Shown here: piece by piece, positions 57,657-64,000 of the stretch
Layout of the letters: each line of letters opens with the position of its first letter
Position numbering within the stretch: the stretch's first letter is position 1
Source of the DNA: Lobosporangium transversale
Taxonomy: Eukaryota
Length of the DNA: 64,000 nucleotides
NCBI RefSeq assembly: GCF_002105155.1
Contig: NW_019028988.1
Span: forward strand, 806,001 to 870,000
Direction: 5' to 3'
Position numbers and translations under genes: made by a program
Notes under the pieces: model-generated
What the model saw: the letters and a program-made list of their open reading frames with translations, nothing else
Database searches by the model: none
Told to the model about the DNA's origin: nothing

Positions 57657-58687
57657 TCAGATCGGTAAAATGCTTGAATAAAGTTGGTTCAGTCTGGCCG
57701 TCGTAAACAAATTCAAAGGATTCGCAGTGGATGTTTGGGTTGTGCGATTCTTCTCATAATCTTCTTTGATTTTGGAGACTAACTCCTGAAATAAATCTAT
57801 GTCCTGGTCACGAATATTGGTGAATGCAACAGCTGCTGTTTGCCTCTTGTGAATGAGAGTCCCAAGACGAAGCTTTCCATCCACGATTGCAACGGGGATA
57901 TGGTGTTTTCGACAGAGTGCAGGTATATGAAGAACAAGATCCACAGGGTCGGTATCATAGGCTAACATGATGAGAGTGGCTTTACTGGTCTTGATAAGAT
58001 CTTCAATATGATTGATGCCAAACTTGAGGAAGTAAGGTTTGTCTTTGTCACTGCTATGTTTATCGGAGGATGACGGGATGGAAAGAGTCGAAGAAAAAGA
58101 AGGATCTTGAACTACCTCATTCCCATGCTCAAAACCTTCGCCTTCTCCTTCTTCATGTCCTTGTCTTTCATTGCCACAAGTTTTTAGACTTATATCAGGT
58201 CTGCTGATCAATGCCTCATTGTTTATAAAAGTTCCTTCCCTTTGAGGGCTTTGTGTAAAAGATTTATCGAGCAGCTTCAAGCGACTCTTTTTTTGAGCTC
58301 GAGTCTCAGGACAGTATTGACTTGCAAATTTATACAATTTTTTGGCGATGGATTTATCCAAAGGACGTGTAAATTGCTTGATTTCAGGGTTCAATTTTGG
58401 GAACATACCCATATTGGCGAGTTGCATGCGATAACGACGTTCCCGATCACGAGCTGTATCAGGAACTTTTGGAATCCGAACATTAGTAGCAGAGCTATTC
58501 TTGCTTCTGCTCTTACTGCTGCTATTGCCGTTGCTACTGTCGTTGTTTTTTATTCTTGTAGAAGGGCAAGGATCATTGCAATAAAGAGCTGATTTGATTG
58601 CCTTGGGCTGGAATCAAATAGAAGACGCGTCGTGTTAGCATGAATGATGCAATACTCGAGACAGGAAGAAAATAAAAAGCATACCAT
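57657..58687 (-). CDS. Divergent 60S ribosomal protein eL8 (L7a/L8)-like protein, L7Ae family
   Basis: ATG-only first exon (58687-58685), then intron 58684-58608 (GTATGC...GCTAAC...CAG), then PKAIK... Later motifs: NPEIKQFTRPLDK, QYCPETRAQKKSRL, LKFGINHI, AYDTDPVDLVLHIPALCRK, IVDGKLRLGTLIHK. Confidence 0.8.
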
Positions 58688-58784
58688 TTGTGTAAATCGC
58701 AAACGAAGCTTGCGCGGAATTATGAAAGGAACAAAGCATAGGCTCGTCACCAGCCTGTGTGGCTTATGTGTATTGCATTAACGC

Positions 58785-59147
58785 TGTTGGTTTTAGTTTT
58801 AGTCACGTGTAGAGGGTTCGCCACCAACTATTTAACGAGCAACAGCTCAGGAAAATCTGGCTCCTTGTTCCTTATTTTTACACAAGAGCCATTTGAGTAC
58901 TGACTGTTCTCGTCCAGGTAAAGAGCCCTCACAACGTTCGTCGTTAGTAGCCATAGATCATTAAAGGTTCCTTATTTTTACACAAGAGCCATTTGAGTAC
59001 TGACTGTTCTCGTCCAGTCTTCGAGTAGTGTGTGTGTGTTCTTTTATTGTGTTAGAATTATTTATCTATCAGCTGGAAGTGACCGGCTTCATAATCCACC
59101 AAAACGACCTAAATCTCCTACCACATCTGCCCCTAAATTTTGCAACA
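58785..59147 (+). repeat. Putative 5' LTR (363 bp)
   Basis: Bounded by TGTTG...CAACA inverted termini and lies just upstream of the PBS and gag. The 3' LTR is outside the window, so the boundaries are inferred. Confidence 0.65.
58867..59017 (+). repeat. Perfect 51-bp direct repeat inside the LTR
   Basis: GTTCCTTATTTTTACACAAGAGCCATTTGAGTACTGACTGTTCTCGTCCAG at 58867-58917 and 58967-59017. Confidence 0.95.
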
Positions 59148-59154
59148 ATATTTC

Positions 59155-59172
59155 TGGTGATCTACGCAGGGG
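59155..59172 (+). promoter_or_regulatory. Putative primer binding site
   Basis: TGGTGATCTACGCAGGGG starts 7 nt after the LTR CA and is complementary to a tRNA-like 3' end (...GTAGATCACCA). The tRNA is not identified. Confidence 0.55.
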
Positions 59173-59184
59173 GTGGCAGCTACA

Positions 59185-60945
59185 ATGTCTTCCAATTTAT
59201 CGATTCTTCTTACCATGATCCCGAAGTGGCCGTCGGCAGAGGCTGAGGGTCTAACCGCCGCGACATGGATCAGCGATTTTGGAGGTGTTATCGAAGGAGA
59301 AACCCTGAGCAACAAGTTGATGTTCGTCGAGAGGCAGGCGACAGGCAAGATCCAACGCTGGATCAGGCGCTGGAGGATGACAAACAAGACGAATGGTGCC
59401 TGGAGCCAGTTCGTCAGCGATTTCATCATGGAGGCCTCTACCCCTAGAAGCCAGGATGTCACCCTGGACGAGTTGCATTCTATTAAGCAAGGAGAAGATG
59501 AGACGACAGCCAACTATGTACAACGAATGAAACTTACCATGGAACTCCTCGACCCAGAGTCTGGTTGCGACGCACAGCCGTACAAGATCCCAACAGCCAC
59601 CGAGCGTCTACTGGCGTACAGATTTTGCAAGGGTTTGAGGCAAGACCATCCTTTCAAGGTCAAGAACAAAGAAGCGCCTGCGACCTTGAAGGAAACCTTC
59701 GAATCAGTGACACAATTGGTTGAAGGAAATCGTTGGGGCATTGACACCACTGAGAGCCGTGTCATAGCTCGCAGCAACGCTGAGCATGCTGCACCAATCG
59801 AGACGAATGTTCTGCTTGGATCGACCCTAGTGCCGAGGACGCACTACTCTGGCTTCCTAGCGGACTTCAAAGACGACAAAGAGAAAGTTAATCAATTAAG
59901 CGTAGACGAATTAACAGACATGTTCGGAGCCTGGACCCTTGCTGCCGAGGAGCGAACTCCGGAGGCGCGAATCGCTCAGACTATCTCAAGAATGAGCCCG
60001 GCTGTAGCGAGGCGAGTGTTTGGTTCCTCTGAATTGGCCAAGCATATTAGAGTGGAGGCTAGACCTAATGCCGTGCTCCAACCCGCCGAAGTTCGAAGTC
60101 AGCAGGCTATCCCTATGGCCCGTAGAACCTGCCATAAATGTAATCAAGAGGGGCACCTCTTGTCGTTCTGCCCATTGGTGGAATGCTTCCGATGTGGCGA
60201 GCGAGGCCATACTTCGAAGGTTTGCACTAAGGAACAAGGAAGCCCCGCCACAGGCGCCAATAGCGTCCCATTGGCCACTCAAACTAACTCCTCGCTAAGA
60301 GTGCAAAGTTTAGAAATCTCCGCCACTAATGTCGCCCAATCATTTATCACGACTAAGCCACAGCGATTAAATTCGACAGGTGCCCAGCGACGTCGCAGTG
60401 AGAGGACAGGCACTCCTGCAGGTCCATCGTCTCAACGAAGAGAGGAAACGAGAGGCACTACTCCACCTGTCCGAGGAATGCAGTGGGAGGCTGAGGCATC
60501 CACTAGTAGTGCGCAACCTTCTGGGGACCCCCACTTCCAGACAGTGACTTTTGATGACAGAGCGGTCGACGGGCGAGAGAATAATGTTGCAGAAGCTCCA
60601 AATGCGACGCCAAAGCGTACCAGGAAGCGCGTCATTCCTGATCCAGTGTTCGTTGATGCGGTCGAAGGATTGAATTTTGATTTGGCCACTCACTCCAAGT
60701 ACCGTGGAAAGATGGCAGTGCAACTCAAGGCAGCTGTTACCGAGGCCTGGGCCCGCCATGCCCCTCCAAGAAGAAGCAAGCCTAAGAGGAGTCAGTCAGC
60801 AATAGCTATGGCCAGGAACGTTCAAGGTGGCAAGGGTGATGTCACGACCGTCACCGCCTTGGGACGAGACTTCAACAACGCCGTTATTGATCCAGGCAAT
60901 GACCATACTATGATGGCCTACATGTGGCAAACGCACTCGGACTGA
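59185..60945 (+). CDS. gag: Retrotransposon Gag, running into the start of the aspartic protease
   Basis: Capsid-like IKQGEDETTANYVQRM, two CCHC knuckles (CHKCNQEGHLLSFC, CFRCGERGHTSKVC), then AVIDPG at the protease active-site position. Confidence 0.9.
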   Translation: MSSNLSILLTMIPKWPSAEAEGLTAATWISDFGGVIEGETLSNKLMFVERQATGKIQRWIRRWRMTNKTNGAWSQFVSDFIMEASTPRSQDVTLDELHSIKQGEDETTANYVQRMKLTMELLDPESGCDAQPYKIPTATERLLAYRFCKGLRQDHPFKVKNKEAPATLKETFESVTQLVEGNRWGIDTTESRVIARSNAEHAAPIETNVLLGSTLVPRTHYSGFLADFKDDKEKVNQLSVDELTDMFGAWTLAAEERTPEARIAQTISRMSPAVARRVFGSSELAKHIRVEARPNAVLQPAEVRSQQAIPMARRTCHKCNQEGHLLSFCPLVECFRCGERGHTSKVCTKEQGSPATGANSVPLATQTNSSLRVQSLEISATNVAQSFITTKPQRLNSTGAQRRRSERTGTPAGPSSQRREETRGTTPPVRGMQWEAEASTSSAQPSGDPHFQTVTFDDRAVDGRENNVAEAPNATPKRTRKRVIPDPVFVDAVEGLNFDLATHSKYRGKMAVQLKAAVTEAWARHAPPRRSKPKRSQSAIAMARNVQGGKGDVTTVTALGRDFNNAVIDPGNDHTMMAYMWQTHSD

Positions 60946-61084
60946 AGTTAGAGCCTGCTACTCGTGCGGTGCTATTAGCCCATGGGTCCTTCCAGAAGCT
61001 TGCGGGCCGCACAAGACCTATCGATATTTATGTGTCCGGGATCCCCTTGAGAATGTCGATGGGAGTGATCGACTGTAAGGCACA

Positions 61085-64000
61085 TATGACTTCCTCCTTG
61101 GCGATGACTGGCTCAAGGCGCTGAAAGCCAAGGCTGATTGGAGCAACGGTATCGTGTACTACGTGGAGAGTGAGGGAAGGACTATCACCCTTGGTGGCGG
61201 TCTAAATGTTCGCGCCTCAACCCCTCAGCCTACGACATCAACGTACTTGTCTGATGAGAGCGATGAGTATGATGATGAGTACGACGACTATGAGGATGAC
61301 GAATCAATCTACGAGACGGAAGAATCCGATGCTGATGCAGGGTACAGAGCCTTGAGAGTGAAGACAATAGAGGTTGGTGACCCGGATCTGCAGGCGATGA
61401 CCGCAAGAGTGTTCTCTAGCAAGATACAGTGCGAGAATGACGATGCTCGCGTAAAAAGGCAGCCGTTCGCGGTTGACGGAGTCAACGTGGACATCAACCC
61501 AAATTTGTCCAATGAGCAATACGGACAGATTGTGGAGTTACTTGAAAAGAATAAGGACAGGCTGACTACCAACCTTGAGGACCTCGAAGTGACGTCTATT
61601 TTAGAACATGAGATCAACATTCAACCAGGCGCCAAGCCAGTGTACGTAGGATGGTGCAAACGGTACTCGCCGAAGGAGCTTGACTTCCTTAAGAAGAGTG
61701 TTGATGATGAGCTTAAGGCAGGAAAAATCATAGAGATGGAGAGCGAGTGGTGCGCGCCGCTGAGTCTTGCTCCTAAGAAAGACGGATCCTTGCGCAAGTG
61801 CGTCGCATACATAGGCCTAAATAAGGTTACCGAAAGGGAGAGCTGGCCACTGCCAAACATCGAGGAAATACTTGACAACTTAGGCGGATTCGAGTACTAC
61901 AGTAGCCTGGACGGATTTCAAGGTTATTACGTGATTGGCATCAAAAAAGAGCATGTCAAGTATCTTGGCTTCCGTACGCCTTTTGGGACGTTTGCATACA
62001 AGGTAATGCCATTTGGGCTCAAGAACGCGCCACATACCTTCAGTCGCTTCGTTAGAAAAGTGTACTCAGACCTTATCGGAAGAGTGCTTGAGGCGTACAT
62101 GGACGATGTGTGCGTGCGCACGATGACCTGGGGAGAGCATTTGAGAGCCCTCGATCATACGTTTGCGGCAGCTCGCGCAGGAGGAGTCAAGTACAAGACT
62201 AGTAAGCTCCATTTCGGGTATGACAAGGTGAAGTTTACTGGCCACGTGGTCGGCAAAGATGGAATTGAGGTCATGCCAGACAAAGTTGACAAGGTCAAGA
62301 ATTTCACCCCATTACGTAGCAAGGAAGATGTACGTGCATTCTTGGGCTTGACGGGCTACTATCGAAGGTTCGTCGAAAGCTACGCTCAGATTGCAGAGCC
62401 GCTGACGAGGCTCCTCAAGAAAGGTGCAAGCTTCACCATGGGTCCTGAACAGGTGGCCGCAGTAAAGGGTCTCAAAGCCAAGTTAATTCAAGCTCCGGTA
62501 CTTAAGGCTCCAGATTTCGAGAAGGATTGGGTGGTCTCGTGTGACGCCTGCAAATACGCTATGGGCGCAGTGCTAGAACAAGAAGATGAGGAGGGTAAGT
62601 TGAGACCGGTCTACTTTTACTCGAAGACCTTTCAAGGAGCCGAACGCAACTACTCTACCTTTGAGCAAGAGTGCCTCGCCGTTGTCATAGCCGTCAAGAA
62701 GTTTCGGCCTTACATCCTGGGTAGGTCCGTTGTCGTTTACACAGACCATGCGCCACTCAAATGGTTGTTTTCCAAGACTGATCTGACTGGTCGACCTGCG
62801 CGGTGGCAGATGATTCTGTCGGAATTCGAGCTGGTCATTAAGACCAAACCAGGTACGAAGAACGGCAATGCAGACGGGATGAGTCGCATTATGTCGGAAG
62901 GAATAGCCACGGATGACATCGATGACGAGGTGCCAGAGTGTCTGAGCCGAAGGGCAGAATCCACAGGAGAAAAGTGGCTGGCGAGCCAATGGTACGCGAA
63001 CTTCTACATGTACCTAGCCGAGATGAGACTGGAGTTAGAAGACAAAGTTGAAATGAGGAGGATCAAGAGACAGGCATACAGGTTTCGACTGACGAAGGAA
63101 GGTGACCTACTGTATAGAGATGCCGACAACAGAGAGAAGAGGTGCGTAGTTGAGGATGAAGTCGAAGGTGTGCTGAAGGAGGCACACGACAAGGGCGGTC
63201 ACTATGGAGCAGAGTCTACCCTAGCAACAGTTCGTGACGTGTGTTGGTGGCCAACGATGAGACGGGATGTATTCCACTGGGTCAAGTCTTGCGGCCGTTG
63301 CCAGCAATTTGGAAGTCGAGTGAAACATAACAGGTTGCATCCTACGGTCTCCGAGTTCCCATTTGAAGTTCTCTTCGTTGACTTGATTGAGAACTTAGTC
63401 GAAACGCCTAGGGGGATGACCACCATAGTCGTCTTCACAGATTCCTTCACCAAGTGGACTGAAGCACATGCAGTGGCCAACAAAGGCGCGCAAGGCGTCC
63501 TAGCTGTTCTATTTATGAAGATTATCTGTCGGTTCGGGCTCCCTGTTATGATTAGATCGGATGGAGGCCCCGCATTTCGTAACGAATTCAAGACTTTCTG
63601 TGACCTCTGGGGGATCAAGCACGTCACTGGTTCGACAAGGCATCCGCAAAGTCAGGGACAGGTCGAGGCGACAAATAAGCTTATCGAGGAGCGACTGAGG
63701 AGAGTACTGCCAGCTGGATCTAAGGATTGGGATGCATTCCTACCGAAAGCAGTATTCGACGTGAATTGTCGAGTCGTTAGGAGCACAGGAGTGTCGCCAA
63801 TGGAAGCACTTATGGGCTACACAGGACAGTCAGCGTTACGGCGACTGTTCGCGGACGACAAGTTCCTCGTTTCAGCAGAGGCACCGGAAGAGAACGATGT
63901 AGTCCTAGAAGAAAGCATGGCGAGATTTATCGTAAGAAGAGAGGGAATCCGTGAGTATGCATACTCATGCAAGCTTAATGCCAATGACAGGATGAAACGT
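61085..64000 (+). CDS. pol: Retrotransposon Pol (protease end, RT, RNase H, integrase), open to the window end
   Basis: Same frame at the checkpoints tested: YDFLLGDDWL (61085), YMDD (62096) and SDGG (63557). Also MPFGLKNAP, RNase H CDACKYAMGAVL / NYSTFEQE / TDHAPL, integrase HHCC, FVD and GQVE. Confidence 0.93.

Larger units (their letters stand above)
58785..64000 (+). mobile_element. Ty3/Gypsy LTR retrotransposon (truncated by the window end)
   Basis: LTR, PBS, gag with CCHC knuckles, then protease, RT, RNase H and integrase in Ty3/Gypsy order. Confidence 0.95.

Noticed and set aside
61304..63627. Minus-strand ORFs within the retrotransposon
   Set aside because: Shadow ORFs antisense to pol.

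Overview
Intron-rich eukaryotic DNA with GT-AG introns, CTAAC/CTAAT branch sites and long poly-A/T tracts. It is fungal by gene content, and an early-diverging lineage such as Mortierellaceae is my inference. Housekeeping and regulatory genes: C2-domain protein (partial), Ppz-type phosphatase, DASH subunit Dad2, HMG-box protein, Nim1/Hsl1/BRSK-type kinase, signal peptidase subunit Spc3, C2H2 factor, AONS/BioF, Dis3/Rrp44, forkhead factor, EDEM-type GH47 mannosidase and a divergent eL8/L7a-like gene. Mobile elements: a small MITE-like element and the 5' part of a Ty3/Gypsy LTR retrotransposon at the right end. The main finding is at 18705-22210. Manual splicing joins several separate ORFs into one gene of about 1081 aa. 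Its N-terminus is a FEN1/EXO1/XPG-family 5' nuclease with all seven catalytic acidic positions. Its C-terminus is a Fanzor/TnpB-type RuvC nuclease with a D-E-D triad, zinc finger and NLS. The only break is a 1-nt frameshift in an A8 run. No transposase or clear terminal repeats are nearby. This suggests an RNA-guided cut-and-resect system that I do not know to have been described.
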